A stretch of DNA of 64,000 nucleotides. It comes from Squalus acanthias. Its lineage: Eukaryota. The notes beneath the pieces are model-generated. The model was not told the origin of the DNA. It worked only from the letters and a program-made list of their open reading frames with translations, and made no database searches. The stretch lies in NCBI GenBank assembly GCA_030390025.1, contig CM059432.1, forward strand, positions 152,336,001 through 152,400,000, given 5' to 3'. Shown one piece after another: positions 1 to 12,589 of this stretch (the first letter of the stretch is position 1; every line of letters starts with the position of its first letter). Both the position numbers and the translations under genes were made by a program.

Positions 1-572
1 AATTGGTTAACGGACAGAAACAGAGTAGGGATAAACGGATCTTTTTCAGGTTGGCAGGCTGTAACTAGTGGGGTGCCGCAAGGATCAGTGTTGGGGCCTC
101 AGCTATTTACAATCTATATTAATGACCTAGATGAAGGGACTGAGTGTAATGTATCCAAGTTTGCTGATGATACAGCTTACTGTCCCACCTAGCTTTGTGA
201 GGAGAACACAAAAAGTCTGCAAAGGAATATAGATAGATTAAGTGAGTGCACAGTAAGGTGGCAGATGGAGTATAATGTAGGGAAATGTGAGGTTATTCAC
301 TTGGGTAGGAAGAATAGAAAAACAGAATATTTTTTAAATGGTGGAAAACTTTCAAATGTTGGTGCTCAGAGAGATTTGGGTGCCCTCGTGCAAGAAACAC
401 AGAAAGCTAGCATGCAGGTACAGCAAGCAATAAGGAAGGCAAATGGCATGTTGGCCTTTATTGCAAGGGGGTTGGAGTATAAGAGTAAGGAAGTCTTGCT
501 ACAATTGTACAGGGCCTTGGTGAGACCACACCTGGAGTACTGTGCACAGTTTTGGTCTCTTTATCTAAGGAA
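1..572 (+). mobile_element. CR1 LINE RT fragment (continues off the window start)
   Basis: [15 protein letters not shown] and LYRALVRPHLEYCAQFWS motifs; ORF 265..639. Confidence 0.9.
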
Positions 573-1764
573 GGGAAAATCTGGAAGCCTCAACAATGGA
601 AAAGCTGTAAACAGCATACAGGCTTTTGAGATAAGATAAGCTGTTGACACTGAAACAATAGCCTTATTGAAACAGGAGGTTGGAGGTTCCTAAAGTCTGA
701 AGCCTTGGAAAGAACACAATGGAATATCCAGTTAAGGTGTCTTAAACCAACACTTTGAAAAGAATCACATAAATTAAAGAAACATATGCCTTCGTGAAAA
801 TGACATCAAATAGAACCACTGCTGTTACACTGTTTTTTATGATGAACTTGAAACACGGGTAGAGACATAATTCTTAATACAACCAACTGAGGTAACTAAG
901 AAGACAATGTGCATCCGATTGAGGTGTTCTAAATGCAAAAGATACAAACAGAAGACCTTGGTAAGAATGGCATCAAGTGGGGGAGGCACCACCCGTCACA
1001 TTGTTTTTGTGTTGAACTTGAAACACCTAAAGGAGAGACACGAGTCTGCACGCTACAAGCTGATCTAACTAATAGCAGGGGTCAACAGAAAAATGACTAG
1101 AGATAATTAACTTACATCAGCAGAAAACTTCAAAGGATATACCACTGAAAAAGGGTATAAAAATTGGACTTTCAAATGGGAAGATAGATTCGCTTGAAGG
1201 GACAAAGCGATTCTCAGGCTTCAGAGGCAAACTCTGTAAGTCTTCAACTCTTTGTATCTCGGGGATCAAGGTACTTGTATTTGATTTTGGTGAATATCCT
1301 GGAATAAACTAAGAAATGTAAAAATGTAACGAAGTTAAGATTTGAGAATAAGGATCTCTGATAATAAAATTGTAAGATTTTTGTATTTGGAACTGTTAAA
1401 GTTGCAATTGAAATACTTACTGAAATTACATGTCGGTTCTTTAATAAATCTATATATTTTTAGAATTGTCTCACATAGTACCTCTGTATCAAACTCGCAA
1501 ACTCAATCTCTGTACACTCTTTGGTGAGGAGTTGCAGAATTCTGGGGGAGTTTTCCGGACCCTCATAATATCCGGAAGGTTACAGTCTAGCTAAACTTAT
1601 TAAAAGTGCTATCTGGAGGACGGTAACATCTTCAGGCTGTTCCTTTCCTTTAGGGAGAGATAGTCTGGACCTTTAGACCCAATTAAGCATCTTTAGGATT
1701 CGGCTACCTCTAACTTTAGTTGAAGGTGAACGTCTGGGGAATAGGGACTAGGACTAGTAATTAT

Positions 1765-2305
1765 CCCTTCAAGGTACCACCAACGCTGCCTCCGCAAGAT
1801 CCTGCAAATCCATTGGCAGGATAGGCACCCCCAGCATCGAAGCTTTGACCACGCTCGATCAGCTCCGATGGACGGGTCACATCGTCTGCATGCCCGATAC
1901 GAGACTCCCAAAACAAGCGCTCTACTCGGAGCTCCGACACGGCAAGAGAGCCCCAGGTGGGCAGAGGAAACGCTTCAAGGACACCCTCAAAGCCTCCTTG
2001 AAAAAGTGCAACATCCCCACGGACACCTGGGAATCCCTGGCCCAAGACCGTACAAAGTGGAGGAGAAGCATCCAGGAAGGCGCTGAATACCTCGAGTCTC
2101 TTCGCCGGGAACAAGCGGAAGCCAAGCGCAAACAGCGGAAGGAGCGCACGTCAACCCAAGCACCCCACCCACCCATCCCTTCAACCACCGTCTGCCCCAC
2201 CTGTGACAGAGACTGTAGGTCCCGCATTGGACTCATTCACACCTGAGAACTCATTTTTAATGTGGAAGCAAGTCATCTTCGGTTCCGAGGGACTGCCTAA
2301 GAAGA
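1765..2305 (+). mobile_element. RTE-clade LINE 3' fragment
   Basis: ORF 1845..2246 QLRWTGHIVCMPDTRLPKQALYSEL...GGQRKRFKDTLK with a C-terminal CPTC..C..RIGL motif typical of RTE ORF ends, followed by a short 3' tail. Confidence 0.85.
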
Positions 2306-2520
2306 TTAACTATACCCCCCAATTTGGTGTCATCCTCAAATTTTGAAATTGTAATTCCGCTTCCCATGTCCAAATCATGGAACACCACTTCCCACCTTCT
2401 TCCAGTCGGAGTAAATACCTTTAACCCCGACTCTGTTTTGTTTTGTAGCCAGCTTGCTATCCATTCTGCTACTTGTCCCAGACTCCACATGCTCTGACCT
2501 TAAGTCATGAGTCTACTAAT
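2306..2520 (-). mobile_element. Degraded CR1 RT fragment
   Basis: ISKFEDDTKLGGIV in ORF 2257..2490. Confidence 0.7.
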
Positions 2521-3256
2521 GGATTTCTATCCTGTTATTTTGCACAAACTTCTGCTCTTCCTGAAACACAGCAAACCAGCTCCGAGAATTGAAAGGCCAC
2601 ACCAACCTACAAAGGCCTACAAATGGCAGAGGCAAACATTACTAGCCAGTATCAGTGACAGTGTTTTAGCATCCCAGACAATCCCTACCACATTCATTGT
2701 AAAATATTCAATGGCTGAGGAGATGGATTAAGAAGTGCCCTGAAGGTAGGCTTTGGCAAGTACTTCTACATTCAATGACTTCATACATGTCCAATATGGA
2801 AAACTAGCAAAACTGTACCCAAAATGGCAAGAAGGGCCCTCACTAATAGCTAAGCCATGTGAAAACAAGTAAACACGTGGGTTCTGTATCTTAAACTATA
2901 GATATACTCAATATTCCTACATTTATATTGGAGAGGAAGAAAACCATGAGTACATGAAAGCCAAAGAGGAAAATACAAATGTTAACAGCACAATATTGGT
3001 AGTGTAATAAAAAAAAGGGGGGGGGACAAAGAGGGGTTCAACAACATGCTCCCCTGGGAAAGTTTGAATTTCTGGATTAATAATGCATTCTTGTTAATTT
3101 TATGCAGTTTTATACTTAAACTGATGGATTTTTTATCTATATTAAAAAAATTGGATTTTCAACAGCCCAACCAAACCATCAATTCTAACCGTCATAGACA
3201 ATATTACCACAAGAATTGCAGCAATTGAAGGCAGTGTCCCACCACCATCTTCAGGC

Positions 3257-4050
3257 ATGGGCAATAGGAACACCCAACATGGCTTCATAAAAAGGTCATG
3301 TCTGATGAATCTAATTGTATTTTTTGAAGAAGTTACAAAGTTGGTGGATGAGGGAAGCCCAGTAGACACTGTCTTCGACTTCCAAAATGCTTTTGATAAG
3401 GTACCACACAAGAGGCTTCTATGGAAGATTGAAGCCTCTGGTATTAGTGGTAATATATTGAGCTGGATTGAGAACTGGCTGGCAGGACATAGGCAAAAAG
3501 TAGTTATAGATGGGTTTGGACAGCAGTCACCAGTGGTGTCTTGCAGGGATTGGTGTTGGGAGCGTTGCTCTTTACTATATTTACTAGTGATCTGGATGTA
3601 GGCGTTGGGGGCACAATCTGAAAATTTGCAGATGATACCAAGATCTGAGAGAGTATTCGGACTGTAGACGACAATCGTCTGCTTCATGCAGATTGGGCTC
3701 ATGACTGCCAAATGATGTATAACTTAGATAAGTGAAGTGTTATGCATGTAGGCAGGGCAAATGCTCAACATTCAAACACCCTTCACAAAAAAGCATTAAC
3801 AGTGTAGATAGAGAGAGATTTGGCCATTCTAGTGCAACATCTTTAAAGGTACATGAGCAATGCTGTGAAGCGATAGCAAGAGCAAACAGGGTGTTGGGGT
3901 GTATCCACAGGACAATTGAGTACAAGACAAGGCATACTATTTCGTCTTTGTACAAGACCTTAGTCAGGCGGCACTTGGAACACTGTGTGGGACAGTCTCG
4001 ATGGACCAGAGGGTCTTTACCTGTCCATCATTGTTCGTATGTTTCCCAGT
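3257..4050 (+). mobile_element. Old CR1 fragment
   Basis: [29 protein letters not shown]..., LYKTLVRRHLEHC, with frameshifts. Confidence 0.8.
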
Positions 4051-4114
4051 TCTTACTGGGATCTTCCTCCCCTTCCCCAACATCGCCCCCCACCTCCCCC
4101 CCAATTAATCTGGA

Positions 4115-4552
4115 TCAGTCTTGGCTCAGTCGAAGCATGCTCGCCTCTGAATCAGAAGATTGTGGGTTCAATTGCCACACTGGAGACTTGAGCACTGACA
4201 CTTCAGTGCAGTATTAAGCGATTCCTGTATTGTCAGAGGTACCAACATTCAGATGATGTTAAACTGAGGCCCCGTCTCCCCTCTCAGGTGGGTGTAAAGA
4301 TCCCATGACACTATTCGAAGAAGAGCAGGGTGGTTCTCCTGGTGTGCTGGCCAACATTTATCCTCAACCAGCATCACAGAAAAAAATCTGGTCATTTATC
4401 TCATTGCTAGTTGTGAAACCTTGCTATGCCCAAATTGGCTGCCATGTTTCCCTACATTATAACAGTGGCTATGCTTCAAATATACTTCATTTCCTGTGAA
4501 TTGCTTTGGACGTCCTGTGGTCATGAAAGCTATATAAATGCAAATTCTTCCT
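4115..4552 (+). mobile_element. tRNA-headed SINE with Deu-like core and L2-type tail (SacSINE1/AmnSINE-like DeuSINE)
   Basis: A-box-like TGGCTCAGTCG and B-box-like GGGTTCAATTGCC; core gatgttaaactgaggcccc...aaagatcccatgacactattcgaagaagagcaggg...ctggccaacattt; tail ...gctatataaatgcaaattcttc. Family assignment is from memory. Confidence 0.75.
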
Positions 4553-4935
4553 TTATAAATCGAAGTCTTTCTTTAGCCTGGGATTCTTTACACCTATTCA
4601 AGCTGATGCTCACTCCCCCCTCAATGAAACCTGGCACTCTTTTCCCTCAGCAACCCAACTCAACGTGGCACTTCTTTCAACCTCTATTCAAGCTGGCTCA
4701 CATTAACTCTTTCCTCCTCTCTGTTCATACCGACTCTTGACCCCTATGCCTGCCACGTTGGCAGTCTTCAGTTTCCCACCCCCTTTAATGCTGTCAAACC
4801 CCTCTCCACACCCTATGTTAATACTGGAACTTTTTTCTCCCCTAGAATGCTGCTCTCAGATTCTCCCCCTCGCTCCTTTCCACCCCCCCCACCCCCGCCA
4901 ACTCCAAAGCACCACACCTACCTTCAGTTTCCTTT

Positions 4936-6238
4936 ACATAGATACATAGATACATAGAAGATAGGAGCAGGAGTAGGCCATCCGGCCCTTCGAGCCTGCT
5001 CCGCCATTTAATGAGATCATGGCTGATCCTCCAATTCAGTATCCCGTCCCCGCCTTCTCTCCGTAACCCTTAACCCCTTTTGCCTGTAGAAATATATCTA
5101 ATTCCCTCTTAAATATATTTAATGAGCTGGCGTACACTGCCCTCTGTGGCAATGAGTTCCACAGGTTCACCACCCTCTGAGTGAAGAAATTCCCCCTCAT
5201 TTCTGTCCTAAATGGTTTAGCCCTTATCCTCAAATTATGTCCTCTAGTTCTGTTCTCACCCGCCAAGGGAAACATTCCTTCTGCATCTAGTCTGTCTAGA
5301 CCTGTCAGAATTTTATACACTTCTGAGGTCCCCTCTCAATCTTCTAAACTCCAGTGTGTACATCCCTAAACTACATAGTCTCTCCTCATAGGTCAATCCC
5401 GCCATTCCTGGTATCAGCCTGGTGAATCGCCGCTGCACCCCCTCCATGGCAAGAACATCTTTCCTCAGATGAGGCGACCAAAACTGTACACAGTACTCGA
5501 GGTGTGGTCTCACCAGTGCCCTGTACAGCTGCAGCAAGGTATCCCTGTTCCTGTATTCCAACCCTTTTGCTATGAAGGCCAGCATACCGTTTGCCTTCTT
5601 GACCGCCTGTTGCACCTGCATGCTCGCCTTCAGTGACTGGTGTACAAGAACACCCAGGTCTCTCTGTACTTCCCCCTCTCCCAATTTATTGCCATTTAAA
5701 TAATAATTTGCCCTCCCGTTCCTGCACCCAAGGTGGATAACTTCGCACTTGTCCACATTATAGTGCATCTGCCATTTATCCGCCCAATCACCCAGTCTGT
5801 TCAAATCGCTCTGGAGCTTCCTGGTCTCCTCCTCTGAGCCCACCCCCCCCTCCTAGTTTAGTGTCATCTGCAAATTTGGAAATGCTGCATCCGACTCCCT
5901 GATCCAGGTCATTAATGTAAATTGTGAACAGCTGGGGACCCAGGACAGATCCCTGTGGTACCCCACTTGTTACTGCCTGCCATTCAGAAAATGAGCCGTT
6001 TATTCCAACTCTCTGTTTTCTATCTGACAGCCAGTTCTCTATCCACGTCAATACTTTCCCCTTTATCCCATGAGCTTCAATTTTCCATGCTAATCTTTTA
6101 TGTGGGACCTTGTCGAAGGCCTTTTGGAAGTCCAGGTACACCACATCTACTGGCTCTCCCCCATCTATTTTACCAGTTACTCCCTCAAAAAATTCCAATA
6201 GATTAGTCAAGCACGATTTACCCTTTGTAAATCCATGT
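4936..6238 (-). mobile_element. Young 5'-truncated CR1 LINE with 3' tail and (TATCTATG)n repeat
   Basis: ORFs 5788..6210, 5313..5843 and 5036..5320 are almost residue-identical to the 3' part of ORF 31159..33078. Confidence 0.95.
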
Positions 6239-6249
6239 TTACTCTCCCA

Positions 6250-7130
6250 TAGCAGTTTATAGCTCAGAAGGAGGCCATTCAGCCCATTATATATGCACCG
6301 ACTTTGCTAGTGCAGTCCAAAACTTATTCCACAGCCCTAATCTTTCCTCAAAGCGCTGTATTTTCCTCTGCTCCAAATATTTATCCACTTTTTTCTTGAA
6401 AGGTGCAATGGCACCTGCCTCAAATGCTCCATGGTAAAGTATTACATGGTCCAACACCTTTTATGAAAAGTAGTTTCTCCTAACTTCCCATCTCAATCTG
6501 ACTATTTTAATTGATGAATCCATTTGCATGCTCTAACTCTATGGCTTTACTATCCTTAATATAATGAGGCATCCAAAACTATACACAGTACTTCTTCACT
6601 CTTATGCTCTCTGCCCCTATTTATCAAACCCAAAATGCTATTTTCCTTTATGGCTTCATCTACCTGCACTAGCAATTTCAGGGAATTATGTATTTGAACC
6701 TTGGAGTTTCTATTTATTCACACCCTTCAGCATCTTTCCATTGAACTCCCAAGGTATATTACCTCACACTTCTGCAAATTAAATTGCATACGTCACCTAT
6801 CTGCCTATTCTGCTAATTTGTCTATTTTCTCATTTAAAAAAAAAGTCCTCTTCAGTTTACCAAATCCCCCTTTGTGTCAAACAGCATATTTCAATATCAT
6901 GGTCTCCATGCCCAAGTCCAAATCATCTATACAGACACACCAAGATCAAAAATAGACCCAGCACTGACCCCTGGGGTACACCACTCTGCTTCTCCAATCG
7001 AAGTAATACCCATTAACCATAACCCTCTGTTTCCTGCCCATCAACCACCTTTCTATCCATGCTGCCACATATCCTTTATGCGATATGGCTGACCTTTTTT
7101 TTAAAACAACCCTTCTGTGAATCAAATGCG
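6250..7130 (-). mobile_element. Highly degraded CR1 fragment
   Basis: Remnant CR1 tail (gaaggaggccattcagccc) and a reverse-strand [13 protein letters not shown] segment near 6955-6985. Confidence 0.6.
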
Positions 7131-7436
7131 ACTTGTCTTAAGACAAATTCGTGCTATACATTCCAATCCCTCCCGCCCATCCCCCCCAGAGTCCTGCTGG
7201 TAATTAAGTGATTCCATCTGATACACACAACGGGAAGGAAACCCTGTTCATAAGAATCCCCACCACAGTATGCAGGGGCTGGAATCACGTCATTCGCAAC
7301 AGGGTTCAAAGAGCAGCGTTGATAGGAGAGAGTCCCAATCTAGCATTGAGGGGACCTGGTCCATGCTGATGGTTTTTGTCAGCAAAAACCATGCCCCACA
7401 AATGCCGAAAATCAGCATGTATGTGACTTCTTTCAC

Positions 7437-7906
7437 AAGAAGCTCGACAACATCCAGGACAAAGCAGCCCACTTGATTGGCTCCCCATCCACCACCTTAA
7501 AAATTCACTCGTTCCACCACCAGCGCACCATGGCTGCAGTGTGTACCATCTACAAGATGCACTGCAGCAACTTGCCACGGCTTCTTCGACAGCACCTCCC
7601 AAACCCGTGACCTCTACCATCTAGAAAGACAAGGGCTGCAGGTATATGGCAACACCACCAGCTCCAAGTTCCGCTCCAAGTCTCACACCATCCTGACTTG
7701 GAAATATATCGGTGTTCCTGCATCGTTGCTGGGTCAAAATACTGGAACTCCCTACCCAGCAGCACTGTGGGAGTACCTTAACCTCATGGACTGCAGCAGT
7801 TCAAGGCGGCGGCTCACCACTAGCTTCTCAAGAGCAATTAGGGATGGGCAATAAATGTTGGCCTTGCCAGAGACGCCCACATCCCATGAATGAATTTAAA
7901 AAAAAA
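7437..7906 (+). mobile_element. 3' fragment of single-ORF CR1-group LINE (here 'family Z')
   Basis: Shares the family tail ...gcaattagggatgggcaataaatg.tggccttgccag..acgcccacatcccatg + A-run with copies near 10.4, 20.2, 38.3, 45.2, 48.0 and 54.0 kb. Confidence 0.9.
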
Positions 7907-8789
7907 TTACTTTGTTCCTAGGTGTTTCCCACAAACTCCACCTCAAGATCAGACCCCATTGGTATAGGCCTGTTCATGATTGTATCATAGCAGGTTGATA
8001 GTTTCAGTGAAGTCTATGCTTGAGCTAGCTGTGAAGTTGAATCAGATTAGTTAAGTCTCTATGTGACTGTGGTGCCGAGGCTGAACAGGCTAGAGACGGA
8101 AGTTGACAGCATACTGGGAGAGACCAATGCCTTCTCCACAAGCATGTAAGCTAACATGACATGATTCCTTGGTATTACTGAAAGGGATATTCAACTGCAT
8201 TTGATTTTCTTTCTAACCTGGACCTGCAATTTTTCTTCTCTCAAAAAATGGGATGCAGGGTTACAGGGCAAGGGACTGAGGGAGTCTGTTATCTGAAAGA
8301 CTATTGTCAAGCAAACTATATGGTCAAAACAGGCCCTTCTGATGAGTTAAGACTAGACTTCATTTCTAAGTCATGCAGCACTATTGCACAATAAAAGCAA
8401 GAATTGTGGGTGTGAATCACTGATAATCAAAGATTTTAAAATCCGGTGCCAGTATGAACAGAACGGAAGTTAATTTAATCAAAGGACACCGACCAGGGCA
8501 ATAAGTGTAAACAGGTCGATACTGAAAACATGAAAGTTTTGACCAGAAGAGAATGTCTCCAAAACCAAAGGAACACTTTATTAAAGCGATAGAACTCACT
8601 GTAAAAGAAAATACTAGAAATAGACAGATTTAAACTGTAAATTCATTAATAAACAAACTGAAAGAACATTTTATGAATGCATGCTAATCAGTAAAAATTC
8701 TGCCAATTACAGGAGGAAACAAAAACTAAACAATGTGACTCAGAACAAAGCCCTTATATACAACTGGGATGGATTAACTGGCTGACCAA

Positions 8790-9353
8790 GATGACTCCAT
8801 AACGGCCTACTCCTGAGGTCCCCACCATCACAGAAGCCAGTCTTCAGCCAATTTGATTCACTCCACGTGATATCAAGAAACGGCTGAGCGCACTGGATAC
8901 AGCAAAGTCTTTGGGCCCCGACAACATCCCGGCTATCATGCTGAAGACTTATGCTCCAGAACTAGCCGCGCCTCTAGCCAAGCTGTTCCAGTACAGCTAC
9001 AACACTGGCATCTGTTTGACAATGTGGAAAACTGCCCAGGTATGTCCTGTCCACAAATCCAATCCGGCCAATTACCGCCCCATCAGTCTACTCTCAATCA
9101 GCAGCAAAGTGATGGAAGGTGTCATCGACAGTACTATCAAGCGGCACTTACTCACCAATAACCTGCTCACTGATGCCTAGTTTGGGTTCCGCCAAGACCA
9201 CTCGGCTGCCGACCTCATTAAAGCTTTGGTCCAAACATGGACAAAGGAGCTGAATTCCAAAGGTGAGGTAAGAGTGACTGCCCTTGACATCAAGGCAGCA
9301 GTTGACCAAGTGTGGCATCAAGGAGCCCTAGTAAAACTGAAGTCAATGGGAAT

Positions 9354-9387
<34 letters not shown>

Positions 9388-10460
9388 GGGAACTCTCCAA
9401 TGACTGGAGTCATACCTAGCACAAAGGAAGATGGTTGTGGTGGTTGAAGGTCAATTATCACAGCCACAGGACATCGCTGCAGGAGTTCCTCAGAGCAGTG
9501 TCCTAGGTCCAACCATCTTTAGCTGCTTCATCAATGACCTTCCCTCCAACATAAGGTCAGAAATGGGGATGTTCGCTGATCAGCGCCATTCACAACTCCT
9601 TAGATAATTAAGTAATCCATGCCCACATGCAACAAGACCTGGACGACGTTTAGGCTTGGGTTGATAAGTGGTAGGTAACATTCGCGCCACACGTGCCAGG
9701 TAAGGACTATCTCCAACAAGCGAGAGTCTAACCACTGCCCCTCGACATTCAATGGCATTACCATCGCTGAATCCCCCACCATCAACTTCCTGGGGGTCAC
9801 CACTGACCAGAAATTTAACTGGACCAGCCACATAAATACTGTGGCAACAAGAGCAGGTCAGAGGTTAGGTATTCTGCGGCGAGTGTCTCACCTCCTGACT
9901 CCCCAAAGCCTTTCCACCATCTACAAGGCACAAGTAAGGAGTGTGATGGAATACTCTCCACTTGCCTGGATGAGTGCAGCTCCAACAACACTCAAGAAGC
10001 TCGACACCATCCAGGAAAAAGCAGCCCACTTGATTAGCACCCCATCCACCACCTTAAACATTCACTCACTCCACCACCGGCGTACCGTGGCTGCAGTGTG
10101 TACCATCTACAAGATGCACTGCAGCAACGCGCCAAGGCTTCTTCGGCAGCACCTCCCAAACCCGTGACCTCTTCCACCTAGAAGGACAAGGGCAGCAGGC
10201 ACATGGGAACACCACCACCTCCAAGTTCCCCTCCAAGTCTCACACCATCCAGACTTAGAAGTATATTGCCGATCCTTCATCGTCGCTGGGTCAAAATCCT
10301 GGAACTCCCTACCTAACAGCACTGTGGGAGCACCTCCACCACACGGACTGCAGCAGTTCAAGGCAGCGGCTCATCACCACCTTCCCAAGGGCAATTAGGG
10401 ATGGGCAATAAATGCTGGCCTTGCCAACGGCGCCCACATCCCATAAACAAATTTATAAAA
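8790..10460 (+). mobile_element. Family Z LINE, 5'-truncated (RT to 3' tail)
   Basis: GPDNIPAIMLK...NYRPISLLS, TALDIKAA.D.VWH, QVRSVMEYSPLAW; family tail at 10390-10460. Confidence 0.92.
9355..9386 (+). repeat. Poly-G tract (32 G) inside a LINE copy
   Basis: Other copies of the family have about 6 G at this position (e.g. ~46998-47003). Confidence 0.9.
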
Positions 10461-10848
10461 ACTCCAGCATGGTATGAATCATTGGGACAGTGTCTTGGTT
10501 ATTTCTCTCTCGCTCTCCCGCCATCCAATTGGATGGCAGAAAATTCATCTGACTGTGGGAACTGAACTAAGAAAGGGTGAATATATTCAGATTCAAGACA
10601 GTGCTCTGGATTAGTGCATGGTTGCTGGAATAATGAAAGGCCACAAGTCGTAGGCCAAAGTAAATTTAGGTCAGATGATCATATTCAGCCCTAAAAAGAT
10701 GAAACCACAGTGCTCCAGTGATTTTACTGATACATTTAGTTAACGGAAGAAAGTGACAAATATGCATCTGATCATTTGAATTACCAATCCTATAATTTTA
10801 ATGTTTTTTTTCTGTAATTAGCTCAATGATAAATCTTTTGCTCCTTAC

Positions 10849-10923
10849 CTCTATGTCTGTCTGAAAATTAAACAAGTCAATTCTCTGCCAGTTGCTGCCA
10901 TCCAATGCCAGGATATTCCATGC
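10849..10923 (-). CDS. FBXL2: FBXL2 coding exon, AWNILALDGSNWQRIDLFNFQTDIE
   Basis: ttttacag|GCATGGAATATC...GACATAGAG|gtaagg, 75 nt, phase 0/0. WNIL and FNFQTD favour FBXL2 over FBXL20 (WNVL, FDFQRD). Confidence 0.93.
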
Positions 10924-12589
10924 CTGTAAAATAATTGATAAGAGCAATTAATGTATCCTTGCCAGTGTCGCCTCCACATCAAAATAAATCGATCTCATGG
11001 GTACTCCAGCACCTGGTTTCTGATGTTTATCATGGTCATGCACATTACAAAATATGCTTAAAATGCAAGTAGCTGTTCTTCCCTCTCTGAAGCCTCTATT
11101 TCTTTCATTTGTTTGCTTATTCTCCCACAGTGGATTTGAAGTATTTCCTTCAAATGCAAATACTTTTATTCTTGCTTTCTCCTTCCTTAAAATTTTCATC
11201 CTTCCTCTCAACTATTTTCAAGTACATTACAAAATACTAGAATGCTTTCTTCCATCAGTATATGCATAGTTCTTGAGGCTGCTGTTGGTGTAGCACTGGC
11301 CAAAGAGGTTTTTCCTATGGTTACCTTTCCAATAACTATCACGGTCCAAGCTTCGCTGACCGAGCGACGGGTTGGTTGACTCTTGCTGCAATGTCTAAGG
11401 TCAGTATCAAGACATCTCAAATATCTCCTCAATCAGCAAGATGGTAATAAAATCCCAAATATCATTAGCTAATTTTTTATTGAGTGATTTAAATGCTATA
11501 TACTGCACTTAAAAGGAAATCCTCTTTTAAAATCTTTTCCTGTTTCTTTCACCTCAGTTATTTGTAAATGTGATGCCTGGGTCACAGTACACAGAGTACT
11601 GGAGTTCCATAGGAGTACAGTGAAGACTTATGATGCATTCACCTTTCTCATGTATAGAATTTCTCCATAGGAGTTGGAACTCTCCAGTTTTTATTTTACC
11701 TGGTTCTCAGGTGATGTGACTTATAGTGGTGCACTCTGGGTATGGTAGCTCCACAGGAGCAGGGTGAAAATTGCCAACCCTACAACATATCATTCTCTTT
11801 CTCAGACACACACACAAAATTTGTTCACAATAGCTCTAAGTTCCAGCACCTAGGCCCAAGTGAAATTTTCAACTGAAGTCCCAAGCGCCAGAGGGCAAGC
11901 CTATGCAGCAGAAACTCCTTGCTGGCATTTCTAACATCATCCTGTGTTGATTTTTCTATACCTTTAGTCATATTTTGGGAGATTACATAATTTGTGTGTG
12001 TGTTTGTAATGTTATTTCCAGCTATAAAGAAGCAAATAGTCAGAAGTTAAGAAATTATTGAGTAATTTGTTTGGTTTTGTGGTACCTTTTTTCAAGGTGA
12101 TAATTTTGAAAATAAAACAAAGATTTGACTGCATGCCTTCTGCTGGTTAGTTGTCCCTTATTGGTACTTTTTGATTTGTTCACATTTAATCAACTGGATA
12201 TTTCATCATTCACTTAACAGATAAGTGGTTATTTGAACCAATCTTCTTGTTCTTTGCTCTAGGGACATGAAAGTGAGGCAATCCACCTCAGAGCATCAAG
12301 TATGGTGCAAAGAATACAGAGCTAGATGCAAGACTTTTAATAGACATTCCCTCCCTAACTTAAATTGAGTTTGGCAAGATCATGTTTGGTTATAAAAACA
12401 CAATGTGAATAAGAAAGAAGCCATTTTGTCTTCACTTTGCTCCTTCCAATAGTTCACATCCAGTCAATGCCATAAGAATTCTTCATATTTAATCTCTTGT
12501 GAAATAATCAGACGGTAAAATTATCAAGGCAGAACTCTGAAATTTCTTTCATTAAGATAATCAAGTTGAAATTCACAGATCCCCAGGAA

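Noticed and set aside
1..10848. Next FBXL2 exon (GRVVENISKRCGGFL...)
   Set aside because: Not found by eye on the minus strand; presumably beyond the window start.
11208..11432. ORF containing VIVIGKVTIGKTSL, which resembles a small-GTPase P-loop
   Set aside because: No G3/G4 motifs, no ATG start and no exon structure spanning the motif; most likely chance.
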